Assembly: GCA_017999915.1 (NCBI GenBank)
Contig: JAGNKX010000007.1
Span: 64,488 to 128,487, forward strand
Direction: 5' to 3'
DNA from: Spirochaetota bacterium
GTDB taxonomy: Bacteria > Spirochaetota > UBA4802 > UBA5550
DNA: 64,000 nt
The translations under genes and the position numbers were made by a program. Shown one piece after another: positions 46,865 to 56,438 of this stretch (positions are counted from its first letter, which is position 1; every line of letters starts with the position of its first letter). Under the pieces are notes generated by a model. That model did no database searches and was not told where the DNA came from. It saw nothing but the letters and a program-made list of their open reading frames with translations.

Positions 46865-47992
46865 ATGGCATTATTGGATGTAGTCGAATGGAAAAATAAA
46901 CAGGGCGAGATAATCTACCGGTTCCCGGAGAACGCCATATCCATGGCCGCCCAGCTGATCGTCATGGAAAACCAGGAAGCGGTATTCTTCAGGGAAGGCC
47001 GCGCCCTTGACAGCCTCGGACCGGGCAGGCACACCCTGAAATCCGGAAACATTCCCATACTGGAAAAGCTCGTGAACCTTCCCTTCGGCGGCAAGTCGCC
47101 GTTCCCCGCCGAAGTCTATTTCGTAAACAAGACCGAGATCCCCAACCTGAAGTGGGGCACCAAGCAGCCCATCGACCTCCAGGACCCGGTCTACAACATC
47201 GCGGTGCCGATCCGCGCCTTCGGCAATTTTTCCATCAAGATCAAGGACACAAAGTCATTTCTCACCATGGCCATCGGCACCTGGCAGGCCTTCTCAACCG
47301 AAGCCGTTGAAACCACGCTCCGGGACCAGGTCATCCTGCCGAAGCTCTCCGACCTGATAGCGGAGTTCATGCTTAAGCAGAACGTCACCATCCTGAAGCT
47401 CGCGCAGTTCTACAACGAGATCGGCGTGTCCGGCAAGGCCAACATCCTCGACGATTTTGCGACCTACGGCCTGGAGCTGGTCCGCTTCGCAGTCGAATCG
47501 ATCAACGTGCCCCAGGAGGACGAGTCGGTCAAGCGCCTCAAGAAGGCGTTGGCGGACAAGGCGGAGATCGGCATCATGGGCCAGGACGACTACAAGATGA
47601 AGCGCACCTTCGACACCATGGAGAAGGCGGCGGGAAGCGACGGCATGTCGGGCGGCATGATGGGAGCCGGCATGGGCGTGGGCATGGGCCAGCAGATGGC
47701 CGGCATGATGGGCCAGGTGATGGGCGGATCGGCGCAGGGCGCCGGCGCTAAAATTGTCTGCCCGCACTGTAACGCCCAGAACGCGGCGGGAGCGAAATTC
47801 TGCTCCTCCTGCGGCAAGGAGATGGTCGTCGCGGCCATGACCTGTCCCAAGTGCAACGCCAAGATCCCGGCCAATTCCAAGTTCTGCCCCGAGTGCGGCG
47901 CTAACACGGCCGGCGGCGCCTGCACGAAGTGCGGCGCCAAGCTGCAGCCGGGGGCGAAGTTCTGTCCCGACTGCGGGGCGCAGCAGGGATAG
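46865..47992 (+). CDS. SPFH/Band-7 domain protein (YdjI/COG4260 type) with three C-terminal zinc ribbons
   Basis: N-terminal LDVVEW....EIIYRFPE......QLIV.E.Q.AVFFR.G. A Gly/Met-rich linker follows, then CPHC..11..CSSC, CPKC..11..CPEC and CTKC..11..CPDC. Confidence 0.8.
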   Translation: MALLDVVEWKNKQGEIIYRFPENAISMAAQLIVMENQEAVFFREGRALDSLGPGRHTLKSGNIPILEKLVNLPFGGKSPFPAEVYFVNKTEIPNLKWGTKQPIDLQDPVYNIAVPIRAFGNFSIKIKDTKSFLTMAIGTWQAFSTEAVETTLRDQVILPKLSDLIAEFMLKQNVTILKLAQFYNEIGVSGKANILDDFATYGLELVRFAVESINVPQEDESVKRLKKALADKAEIGIMGQDDYKMKRTFDTMEKAAGSDGMSGGMMGAGMGVGMGQQMAGMMGQVMGGSAQGAGAKIVCPHCNAQNAAGAKFCSSCGKEMVVAAMTCPKCNAKIPANSKFCPECGANTAGGACTKCGAKLQPGAKFCPDCGAQQG

Positions 47993-48003
47993 GCTGAAAC
48001 GCC

Positions 48004-48603
48004 ATGGCTTCAACGCAATGCCCCTCATGCGGGGCTCCGGTTGAGATAAAGAACAGGTTCAGCAAGGTCCTGGTCTGCGGCTACTGCGGTTCGCACCTCA
48101 AGGTTGCCGGCGACGGGTTCGACGCCACGGGAAAGCATCCCAGGCTGGCGGAGTTCCCGTCGATCTTCCAGGTCGGGACCAGGGGAACCATCCTCGGGAA
48201 GCCCTTCACGGCCCTGGGAAGGATGCGCTACAACTATCCCGGGGGGCACTTCGATGAGTGGTTCCTGGAATATGACGGCGGCACCGCCTGGTTCACCGAG
48301 GACGAGGGGACCTACGCCCTCTTCACTGAGAATGAGGACGCCATCGAATATCCCGATATTACAAGTGTGCGGGCCGGCCAGAACGTGATGATCGGCTCGA
48401 AAAAGGTCATGGTCAAGGAAAAGGGCACCGCCAAAGTGGCCGGCGCGGAGGGGGAGCTCTCCTTTTACGTCGAGCCGGGCACGAAGGTCACATACATGGA
48501 CGGCGTATCCGAGGGGAAGAAGATCTCCATTGAAGCGACGGAGGATGAGATAGAGCTCTTCACCGGGAGGCCTCTCCTGGCCAGGGACATTGTAAAATCT
48601 TGA
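48004..48603 (+). CDS. Zn-ribbon + DUF4178 domain protein
   Basis: CPSCGAP...CGYCGS, then GTILGKPFTALGRMRYNYPGGHFDEWFLEYDGGTAWFTEDEG. Confidence 0.7.
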   Translation: MASTQCPSCGAPVEIKNRFSKVLVCGYCGSHLKVAGDGFDATGKHPRLAEFPSIFQVGTRGTILGKPFTALGRMRYNYPGGHFDEWFLEYDGGTAWFTEDEGTYALFTENEDAIEYPDITSVRAGQNVMIGSKKVMVKEKGTAKVAGAEGELSFYVEPGTKVTYMDGVSEGKKISIEATEDEIELFTGRPLLARDIVKS

Positions 48604-48628
48604 ACGTTATAGGGGGAATGAGTATTCC

Positions 48629-50029
48629 ATGGGAACCGATAACCAGGAATTGAAAGCCCTGAAATGCTCCAAGTGCGGCGGCGCCCTTGTGAAAAGCCGC
48701 CGCTCGGAGTATGACGACGAGGAAGAAGAAAACGTCAGCATCCCCATTGGCAAGTGCTCTTCATGCGGCCAGGAATACGACCAGAAAACCGAAGAATACT
48801 ACGGTCTCTTCGCCGATGATCTTACCGCGGACAAGGATAATTCTGTATTCAAACTGGGCAAGAAGGGGACGCTGAAAGGGGTCGAATACGAGATAGTCGG
48901 CCGGATCCGTTACCAGGACGAGGATGAATGGGAAAAAGACACCTGGGACGAGTGGTTCGCCGTCGCTGCCGACGGCACCTACCATTATTTCGTCGAGGAG
49001 GAAGGGGAGGTTCATTCCTATGAGGATTACACTCCCCAGTCCATCGACCTGGAGTCCGACCCTTCAAGCATCGAGTTTGACGGCAAGAAGATATCGAAAG
49101 ACGAGGCCTACGTGGGGCGCATCGTCTACGCCGAGGGAGAGCTTCCCTGGAAGCCCGAGATCGGCGAGCCCGCCGTCATGTACGACTTCAAGAAGGACGG
49201 CGCGAAGTTCACCATCGAGCAGTCCGAGGGAGAAGTGTCCATCACGAAGGGCGAAAAGCTCTCCTACAATGATGTCGTTGCGGCCTTCGGCGGCGAAGAG
49301 CACAAGAAACTATTCGATGAAACGGTCACAAAGCGCAAGAACTACAAGCTGAAAGCGGCCCTCTATGCCGCTTGCTCGGCTGCGGCCTTTGCCCTGGCCA
49401 TCGTCAACTGCCTCTCCTCGGCGCCCGTGGACGGCGTCATGAAATCAAGGCTCGACCTGGCCGGCAACGTGCCGATTACCGAGAACGGCCAGACCATGTA
49501 CCAGAGCGAGGTGCTCTACGGCCCCTTCGAGCTTAAGAAGGGCGACAGCCTTTACAATGCCCGGGTCTACGTCGATCCGGCGGTGCAGAAGTTCAACCTG
49601 GAATGGCAGTCGTTCCGGTTCCTGCTGGTGCCGGAAAACCGGCTCCTGAAGGCGGTCAACCACCAGATGACCCCCGCCGCGCTGAAGGACCTCTTTGACG
49701 AGGTGGACGCCATCAGGGAGCCGGTGGAATGCTACACCTTCAGCGGGGATTTCTGGGACGAGGAGGGCTCCGACGACGAAGGGTACTGGCACGAGAGCGA
49801 CCTCTCCGTGGACGACGATTTCGTCCTGGAAAAGGCCGGAAGGTATTACGCGTTCCTTGAGCTAACCAGCCAGAAGCCACGGGCCACCGCTTCCATCGGG
49901 CTTTCCCTTGAGCGTGTGAAGAGTTACCGGTATTATATTATCATAATGGTCATTCTCGCGGGCCTTGCCTTTTTCAACCGGGCTAGGGCGAAGACCTATA
50001 ACGCGATGCCCTTCAGTGTGGCTGAGTAG
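48629..50029 (+). CDS. Zn-ribbon + DUF4178 domain protein with C-terminal extension and TM segments
   Basis: CSKCGG...CSSCG, then GTLKGVEYEIVGRIRYQDEDEWEKDTWDEWFAVAADGTYHYFVEEEG. TM segments are AALYAACSAAAFALAIV and YYIIIMVILAGLAFF. Confidence 0.7.
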   Translation: MGTDNQELKALKCSKCGGALVKSRRSEYDDEEEENVSIPIGKCSSCGQEYDQKTEEYYGLFADDLTADKDNSVFKLGKKGTLKGVEYEIVGRIRYQDEDEWEKDTWDEWFAVAADGTYHYFVEEEGEVHSYEDYTPQSIDLESDPSSIEFDGKKISKDEAYVGRIVYAEGELPWKPEIGEPAVMYDFKKDGAKFTIEQSEGEVSITKGEKLSYNDVVAAFGGEEHKKLFDETVTKRKNYKLKAALYAACSAAAFALAIVNCLSSAPVDGVMKSRLDLAGNVPITENGQTMYQSEVLYGPFELKKGDSLYNARVYVDPAVQKFNLEWQSFRFLLVPENRLLKAVNHQMTPAALKDLFDEVDAIREPVECYTFSGDFWDEEGSDDEGYWHESDLSVDDDFVLEKAGRYYAFLELTSQKPRATASIGLSLERVKSYRYYIIIMVILAGLAFFNRARAKTYNAMPFSVAE

Positions 50030-50047
50030 GCGGGAGGTTATAAGACG

Positions 50048-50233
50048 ATGATACGGAGCATACTGATCATGGCGCTGCTGATGGGGGGCGGCTTTGCCGT
50101 ATCCAACTTCAATATGGGATATTCGACGGCGGGCCAGAAATACATCTCCAAGCACCGCGAACAGCGGAAATCCCTTCGGCCGGGATACTATTACGGCCGG
50201 CCCGGCTACGGCGGGTTCAGGGGCGGCAAATAA
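50048..50233 (+). CDS. small membrane protein with a Gly/Tyr/Arg-rich tail
   Basis: GGGAGG SD, one TM (ILIMALLMGGGFAV) and the tail RPGYYYGRPGYGGFRGGK. It sits within the operon. Confidence 0.45.
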   Translation: MIRSILIMALLMGGGFAVSNFNMGYSTAGQKYISKHREQRKSLRPGYYYGRPGYGGFRGGK

Positions 50234-50281
50234 CAAAGTCTATCATTAATCTGCTATATCTATCAGGAGGTAAACGCTACT

Positions 50282-50572
50282 ATGGATTGGGGAAGCTTGC
50301 TGCACGGCATACTGGACACTGCCATTTACAGCCTTGTGGGCATTATCATGATGGGCATCGGGATAGGACTGGTCATCCTGATATCGCCCTTTTCCGTCAA
50401 GAAGGAGATCGAAGACGACCAGAATATGGCCCTGGGCCTTATCATGGGAGCGATTATCATCGGCATTTCCATCATTATTGCCGGCGTGCTCATGGCGCCC
50501 GGCGGCGATTACATGAAGAAGAAGATCGGCTCAACCCCTGATGTGAAAGTCGAAGAAAAAGCCGTCAAGTAG
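50282..50572 (+). CDS. DUF350 (YjfL-family) membrane protein
   Basis: AGGAGG SD. Two-to-three TM helices with E..DDQN.A.G...G..I. Confidence 0.7.
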   Translation: MDWGSLLHGILDTAIYSLVGIIMMGIGIGLVILISPFSVKKEIEDDQNMALGLIMGAIIIGISIIIAGVLMAPGGDYMKKKIGSTPDVKVEEKAVK

Positions 50573-50581
50573 AGCCGGCCT

Positions 50582-52111
50582 TTGAAAAACGAATTGAGAC
50601 GGTTCGAACAGAGAATACTGTTATTCTCTGTTTTTTTTCTGTCCCTGTGCGGGATAACCTATGAGCTCGTGCTGGGCTCCCTGGCGACCTATCTCCTGGG
50701 CAACCCGGTGCAGCAGTATTCCATCACCATAGGCTTTTTCCTCAGCTCCATGGGCCTCGGCTCATACCTGTCCCGGTACCTGACGAAAAATATATTAAAG
50801 AATTTCATCATGATTGAGGTGGCCCTCGGCTTCGTGGGCGGCCTTTCGGTCCTGGTCCTCAGCTATCTCTTTTCCTTTTCCGCATCCTATTACATGCTCC
50901 ATATCTTTTTCCTGGTCCTCATCGGAACCCTCGTGGGCCTGGAAATACCGATCGTGACGCGGATCCTCAGGAAATATGGGGCCTTGAAGGACATCCTGTC
51001 CAATGTCCTTTCCCTGGATTACATCGGCGGCCTGGCGGGTTCGCTCCTGTTCCCGCTCCTCCTGTTTCCCTTCCTGGGGAGGATGCTCACCAGCATCATC
51101 ATCGGCGCCCTCAACATAGGTGTCGCGATGATCATCATCGTCAAGATAGACTACGAGAACAAGCGGAAAAGCGACTTCGTCATCCCGATCATTATCATGA
51201 TCATCCTGGCGGCCCTGGCCGCTTCTTCGGACCAGATCAACACCATTCTGCAGAAACGGCTCTACTATGATGACATCGTTTTTTCGAAGCGGTCCCATTA
51301 CCAGGAGATCGTGCTGACGCGGAACGACGAGGATTTCCGCCTCTACCTGGACGGCTCCCTCCAGTTTTCATCCGTGGACGAGTACCGCTACCACGAGATG
51401 CTGGTGTTCCCGCCCCTGTCCCTCAACAGGGCCCCGGACAAGCGGGTCCTTGTCCTCGGCGGGGGCGACGGCCTGGCCGTCAGGGAGATCATAAAATGCG
51501 GAGACGTGGCCGCCGTTACCCTGGTGGAGCTCGATCCCGCCATGATCGACCTGGCGAAAAAGAATTCCTCGCTGAAGAGACTCAACGGGAATTCCCTGCT
51601 GGACCCCCGGGTGACCGTCGTGGTGGGGGACGCCTACGCCTATTTGATTGGAAATAAAAAAAAGTATGACGTGATCATCGCCGATTTTCCCGATCCCCAC
51701 GACGAGACGATCACCAAGCTCTACACGGTGGAATTCTACTCCCTCCTGCGTCGCTCCCTCGCCCGGGGCGGGGTGTTCGTGACGCAGTCGACGTCGCCGC
51801 TCTTCGCGCGGGATGCCTTCTGGTGCATCCACAATACAATGCAAAAGGTCTTTTCCTCGGTCGTCGCGTACCACGTGTACGTGCCGTCCTTCGGGGACTG
51901 GGGCTTCAACATGGCCTGCGACGGCGTCTGCGACGCCGCCATGGCGGCGGAGGTGACTCCCGGCCTCAAATATTATTCCCCCGAAACCTTCGGGCAGTCG
52001 CTTCATTTCCCCCGGGACGCCGCGGTTTCCCGGACGGAGATCAACACCTTCAACAGGCCGGTGCTCTACAGCTATTACCTGAAGGGGTGGAAATACTACA
52101 TGGAGATGTGA
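50582..52111 (+). CDS. polyamine aminopropyltransferase (spermidine/spermine synthase-like) fused to an N-terminal multi-TM domain
   Basis: About 7 TM helices, then VLVLGGGDGLAVREI, LVELDP, DVIIADFPDP, GG.FVTQS. The apparent TTG start is uncertain. Confidence 0.8.
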   Translation: MKNELRRFEQRILLFSVFFLSLCGITYELVLGSLATYLLGNPVQQYSITIGFFLSSMGLGSYLSRYLTKNILKNFIMIEVALGFVGGLSVLVLSYLFSFSASYYMLHIFFLVLIGTLVGLEIPIVTRILRKYGALKDILSNVLSLDYIGGLAGSLLFPLLLFPFLGRMLTSIIIGALNIGVAMIIIVKIDYENKRKSDFVIPIIIMIILAALAASSDQINTILQKRLYYDDIVFSKRSHYQEIVLTRNDEDFRLYLDGSLQFSSVDEYRYHEMLVFPPLSLNRAPDKRVLVLGGGDGLAVREIIKCGDVAAVTLVELDPAMIDLAKKNSSLKRLNGNSLLDPRVTVVVGDAYAYLIGNKKKYDVIIADFPDPHDETITKLYTVEFYSLLRRSLARGGVFVTQSTSPLFARDAFWCIHNTMQKVFSSVVAYHVYVPSFGDWGFNMACDGVCDAAMAAEVTPGLKYYSPETFGQSLHFPRDAAVSRTEINTFNRPVLYSYYLKGWKYYMEM

Positions 52112-52117
52112 CGGGAC

Positions 52118-53029
52118 ATGAAGAAAAGGGCCGAGATGAATTTTGACCTGAAGCAGCTGCGTTCCTTCCTGGAGGTCCTGGCCGAGAACAGCTTCACCAG
52201 GGCTTCGCGAAAGCTGAAAGTAGGACAGGCCACCATCAGCCACCATATCATCCAGCTTGAAAAGGAGCTGGGCGTGAAGCTCATCAACCGCACGGCCCGC
52301 GACGTTTCCGTGACCGAGGAAGGGAAGGTGTTCCAGGCCTTCTGCGAGAAGCTCTTCAAGAACATGGAAGCGGTCTTGTCGGACCTTGACCGCGGCGCCA
52401 CTGCCGTGATCACGCGTATCGCAGCGAGCACCATACCGTCCGCGTACATCCTGCCGAAAATACTGGCGGCCGTGAAAAAGGAGTTTCCCGGCGTCATCTA
52501 CCGACTCCAGGTCACGGACAGCAGGGAGGCTGTGGAGATGGTGAAGGATGGAACCGCCGATGTCGGCATTGTGGGGAAGGAGTACCGCCATCCGGGACTG
52601 TCCTATACCCCGATCTGCGCCGATGAGATCGTACTGGTGGGCCCGAAGGGCTCCCCCTCGGAAATCAGCGTCGAGGATATCGTCCGGATGCCCCTGATCA
52701 TCCGCGAGGCCGGGTCCGGCACCAGGAAGAGCTGCGAGGAGGCCCTGGGAAGGCGCGGCATAACGCCTTCGGCGCTCCAGGTCGTGCTGGAGACTTCGTC
52801 GACGGAAAGCATAAAGGAATCGATCGCCGCCGGGCTGGGGATGTCATTCCTGTCGCGCCTGGCCGTGGAGCAGGAAAAGAAGTCAAAATCGCTGGTTGTG
52901 GTCGGGGTGAAGGGACTCGTTATCCGGCGGTCCTTTTATTTCGTCCGTTCGGGAAGCAAACAGCTGCACCGTCCGGCGCAGCTGCTTTATGATTCACTTG
53001 TTGAATTCGGGAAAACCCTTGGTCGATAA
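52118..53029 (+). CDS. LysR-family transcriptional regulator
   Basis: LRSFLEVLAENSFTRASRKLKVGQATISHHIIQLEKELGVKLINR. It starts 6 nt after the preceding gene. Confidence 0.85.
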   Translation: MKKRAEMNFDLKQLRSFLEVLAENSFTRASRKLKVGQATISHHIIQLEKELGVKLINRTARDVSVTEEGKVFQAFCEKLFKNMEAVLSDLDRGATAVITRIAASTIPSAYILPKILAAVKKEFPGVIYRLQVTDSREAVEMVKDGTADVGIVGKEYRHPGLSYTPICADEIVLVGPKGSPSEISVEDIVRMPLIIREAGSGTRKSCEEALGRRGITPSALQVVLETSSTESIKESIAAGLGMSFLSRLAVEQEKKSKSLVVVGVKGLVIRRSFYFVRSGSKQLHRPAQLLYDSLVEFGKTLGR

Positions 53030-53037
53030 GGCGGGAT

Positions 53038-53056
53038 GGCCGGCCGAAGGCCGGCC
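53038..53056. terminator. GC hairpin between convergent LysR and rpmB genes
   Basis: ggccggcc-gaa-ggccggcc. Confidence 0.45.
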
Positions 53057-53066
53057 GCTGACGCGG

Positions 53067-53255
53067 TTAAACGGCCTTCATTACCTTTCCGGACCTGATG
53101 CACCGCGTGCACACGTATTTCCTCGTGGCGCGGTTGTCTTCCAGCACTTTTATCTTCTTGACGTTGGGGCGCCAGATCTTCTTGGTCTTCTTGTTGGAAT
53201 GGCTGACGTTGTTTCCGATCTGGATCGCCTTGCCGCACACTTCACATTTAGCCAT
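53067..53255 (-). CDS. rpmB: 50S ribosomal protein L28
   Basis: MAKCEVCGK....GNNVSHSN.KTKK.W.PN; 62 aa. Confidence 0.9.
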   Translation of the reverse strand: MAKCEVCGKAIQIGNNVSHSNKKTKKIWRPNVKKIKVLEDNRATRKYVCTRCIRSGKVMKAV

Positions 53256-53394
53256 GACTTTTTTTCCTTTGTCGCTTGGTGATCGGCCGCTCCGGCCGTC
53301 TCTGGGGCCTGCATGCCTCGTTAATGATATGGGATGACACTATTATTTGACCTGTCTATTTTTCAAGCACTTTTTTGTTATGGCAATCGGATGG

Positions 53395-54537
53395 TCAAAG
53401 GTCTTTCCTGAATTGCTGCGGTGACATGTTCGTGTTACGGGTGAATACACGGTAGAAAACCGATTTCGAATTGAAGCCGACCGCGTGCGCCACCGAGAGG
53501 ACCGGCCGCGCCGGGTCCTCTCGCAGCAGGCGCCGGGCCTCCTCGACGCGGTGGCGGTTGAGATAGGCGCTGAAGCTCTCTCCGAGCTCGCGGTTGAGAA
53601 ATTCTGAAAGCTGGTGGGACGTAAGATCGAGCAGCGCTGCGAGACGGGGGAGGGTCAGATCCTCGTCGCAGTAGATCTTTTCCTTTTCCATGAGCTCGTC
53701 AAGGCGGACGCGCAGGGAAGCGCGGTCGAGTCCCTTCGTGTGCGTCAGCTGGTAGCGTCCGAGGGCCACGTTCAGATTGGGGTACAGATCCGGGTAACGG
53801 TATGTGAAGATGTACCATACGATCACGAGGACGCTCACGAGGCCCAGGCCGGCGAGGGCCAGCAGGGACGAAAAGAGCAGCTGGGAGGCCAGTACGAGGC
53901 CCAGGGCGATGATCAGGTATATAATCGAGCATATGATCGGGAAGGCGTTGTGCATGCCGTTGCCCCGTGAGCGCCGCAGGAAAAACTGCGCCACCAGCGC
54001 CAGCTCGTATGAGAGTATTTGAACTAACCATGCGAGGAGCAGCGCGTACTGTACCAGGTCAATCTCCCGGGGGCCGCTCCAGGGGAGGGCCCGGCGCGCC
54101 TGGAGGATGCCAGCGGCATCGAGGGCCGAGAGTGCCGCGGCGGCAATGGCGGGGACGAAATGAACAGCGTGTCTTTTCCCCGGGGAGATATCCTCCATGA
54201 TGACCTTGTAGGCGATTATGTAATGGAACGGGCTTGTCGCGTAGAGCATGAGGAAAAGCAGTGGCGCGCCAAAGAATCTATAGTCGAAGGCGGGATCAGA
54301 AAAGTACGTGTAAAAATACAGGATAAAGAAGCCGGTCCCGAGGAACACCGCGCCGAAGTAACTGTTGGCGAACTTCCGGTTAGGGCGCGCCAGGTGGGCA
54401 ACGGACATCAGCACCGAGAGCGCTCCGCTGAAGAGAATGAAAAAATCGAGCAGATGAAAAGTTCCGATCCGCATCATGCCACCTGGAACTGTGGGTGGCA
54501 TGTGCCATTCTGCACGAACGAATGACCGGGCATGCAA
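53395..54537 (-). CDS. AraC-family transcriptional regulator with an N-terminal multi-TM (sensor-like) domain
   Basis: About 7 hydrophobic helices, then the C-terminal HTH LTLPRLAALLDLTSHQLSEFLN...VGFNSKSVFYRVF. The start codon is uncertain. Confidence 0.75.
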   Translation of the reverse strand: MHARSFVRAEWHMPPTVPGGMMRIGTFHLLDFFILFSGALSVLMSVAHLARPNRKFANSYFGAVFLGTGFFILYFYTYFSDPAFDYRFFGAPLLFLMLYATSPFHYIIAYKVIMEDISPGKRHAVHFVPAIAAAALSALDAAGILQARRALPWSGPREIDLVQYALLLAWLVQILSYELALVAQFFLRRSRGNGMHNAFPIICSIIYLIIALGLVLASQLLFSSLLALAGLGLVSVLVIVWYIFTYRYPDLYPNLNVALGRYQLTHTKGLDRASLRVRLDELMEKEKIYCDEDLTLPRLAALLDLTSHQLSEFLNRELGESFSAYLNRHRVEEARRLLREDPARPVLSVAHAVGFNSKSVFYRVFTRNTNMSPQQFRKDL

Positions 54538-54723
54538 TAATGCATGGAGAACCCCTGTATAAAATAATACCGCTTATATGCTAAATATTAATGCGGTTTT
54601 AATAGATTCAATACCATCAAATAGAGTCACTGTCAACCTGATTATAACTCTCGCCCCCAATAATTTCCGGTATGGTGCAATCAATGCAATCATCGGCGAT
54701 CCTCATGAGTAAAGGAATTCATG

Positions 54724-56355
54724 TCAATTGTCGAAATCGGATACGGTGCATATCTTGCCTTCTGCGAAAAGTTGCCTGAGCTCACGCTTGTTGAATTTGC
54801 CGGCACTGGTTTTAGGGATCTGGTCCATGGTGATATAATATTCAGGTATCCACCATGAGGTGATCTTGCCTTTGAGAAAATCCTTGATCTCGCTGCAGCT
54901 CATGGTTTCCCCGGGAGCAAGGGCGATACAGGCCATGGGACGCTCCTGCCACTTGACGTCGGGGATGCCGATGACGGCCGCTTCCATGATCTTGGGGCAG
55001 GTCATGAGGGTATTTTCGATATCAACGGACGAGATCCATTCCCCGCCGCTCTTGATGAGGTCTTTCTTTCGGTCCACCAGCCGTACATAGCCCTCCTCGT
55101 CGATGGTGCCGATGTCGCCGGTATGGAGCCAGCCGTTGATATACGTAGTCCCGGAATTTTCTGGGTCCTTGAAATATTCCTTGGTTATCCAGGGCCCCCT
55201 GAGGCGGATCTCACCCCATTCCTTCCCGTCCATCCTGACTTCCTTGCCTTGGTCATTGACGATCTTCATCTCCACGCCCAGCGCGGGCATGCCCGCGCTG
55301 CCCCTGATATCGTAGATCTTGTCCATGGGCCAATCGGCCATGTAGCTTTTCGTGAGGGAGACCAGGGCCATGGGCGATGTTTCGGTCATGCCGTAGGCCT
55401 GGCGGATGGGAAATCCGTATTTTTCGTTGAGCCCCTTCATGAGGGCCAGGGGACAGGCGGCTCCGCCGGAAAATATGGTCTTGAGGCTCGAGAAGTCGTG
55501 GAGGCCCCCTTTTTCGAGATAATCATAGAGCATCATCCAGATCGTGGGAACGCCTCCCGTAAAGGTTATCTTCTCCTCCGCAATGATATGGCACAGCTTC
55601 TGCATGTTGAGGATATCCCTGCCGGGGAGAACCTGCTTGCACCCCATGGCGAGGGCCCCGAAGGGGGCGCCCCAACCGTTGACATGGAACATGGGCACTA
55701 TGTGCAGGGCCGTGTCGGACTCGCTGACGCCCAGGGTGGCCACGATGCCATAGGTGTGCATGACGATCCCCCGGTGCGAGTAGACCACGCCTTTGGGCTG
55801 TCCGGTGGTCGCGGAAGTATAACAGATCACGGCCGGATCCCGTTCGCCGATGTCCTCGGGGAAATCGTAGCTTTCGGGATGTTCCCATATTAAATCATCG
55901 TAGAGGGAAACAGGGTAAAGGCTTGTCGGGGGCATTGTCCCGCTCTGTGAAAGCACCACAAAGTGCTTTACGGTTGTAAGCTTGTCCCTGATGGGCTCGA
56001 TCAGGAAGAGGAGATCCTCGTCGATAAAAAGGACCTGGTCCTCGGCGTGGTTTATTATATAGATCAGGTGTTCCTGGGGCAGGCGGATGTTCACGGTGTG
56101 GAGCACGGCGCCGTAACAGGGAACGCCGAAATAGAGCTCGAGGTGGCGGTGGTTGTTGAGCGCGAAACTCGCCACGCGGTCCCCGCGTTTGACGCCCAGC
56201 GCCTTGAGGGCGTGGGCCAGCTGGCAGGTGCGTTTGAAGTAGTCGGCGTAACAATAACGAAATACCTCGTTGGGATACACAGAGACGATCTCTTTTTTAG
56301 GATAGAACCTGGCCGCCCGCAAGAGAAAATTCCGAAGCAACAATTCATTGTCCAT
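54724..56355 (-). CDS. medium/long-chain acyl-CoA synthetase (AMP-forming)
   Basis: ICYTSATTGQPKGV, YGMTE, TGD....DEEGY..LVDR.KD.IKSGGE, PKTSAGK. Start placed at ATG 56355, which has GGAGA 8 nt upstream and avoids overlap with the upstream gene. Confidence 0.85.
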   Translation of the reverse strand: MDNELLLRNFLLRAARFYPKKEIVSVYPNEVFRYCYADYFKRTCQLAHALKALGVKRGDRVASFALNNHRHLELYFGVPCYGAVLHTVNIRLPQEHLIYIINHAEDQVLFIDEDLLFLIEPIRDKLTTVKHFVVLSQSGTMPPTSLYPVSLYDDLIWEHPESYDFPEDIGERDPAVICYTSATTGQPKGVVYSHRGIVMHTYGIVATLGVSESDTALHIVPMFHVNGWGAPFGALAMGCKQVLPGRDILNMQKLCHIIAEEKITFTGGVPTIWMMLYDYLEKGGLHDFSSLKTIFSGGAACPLALMKGLNEKYGFPIRQAYGMTETSPMALVSLTKSYMADWPMDKIYDIRGSAGMPALGVEMKIVNDQGKEVRMDGKEWGEIRLRGPWITKEYFKDPENSGTTYINGWLHTGDIGTIDEEGYVRLVDRKKDLIKSGGEWISSVDIENTLMTCPKIMEAAVIGIPDVKWQERPMACIALAPGETMSCSEIKDFLKGKITSWWIPEYYITMDQIPKTSAGKFNKRELRQLFAEGKICTVSDFDN

Positions 56356-56438
56356 TATTGGTATCTCCATTTTATCAGTTGTATAGAATTTATTTTTTAC
56401 ACGATAAACACGCCCCAGGTCTTGTCCCGGCATCAGCC

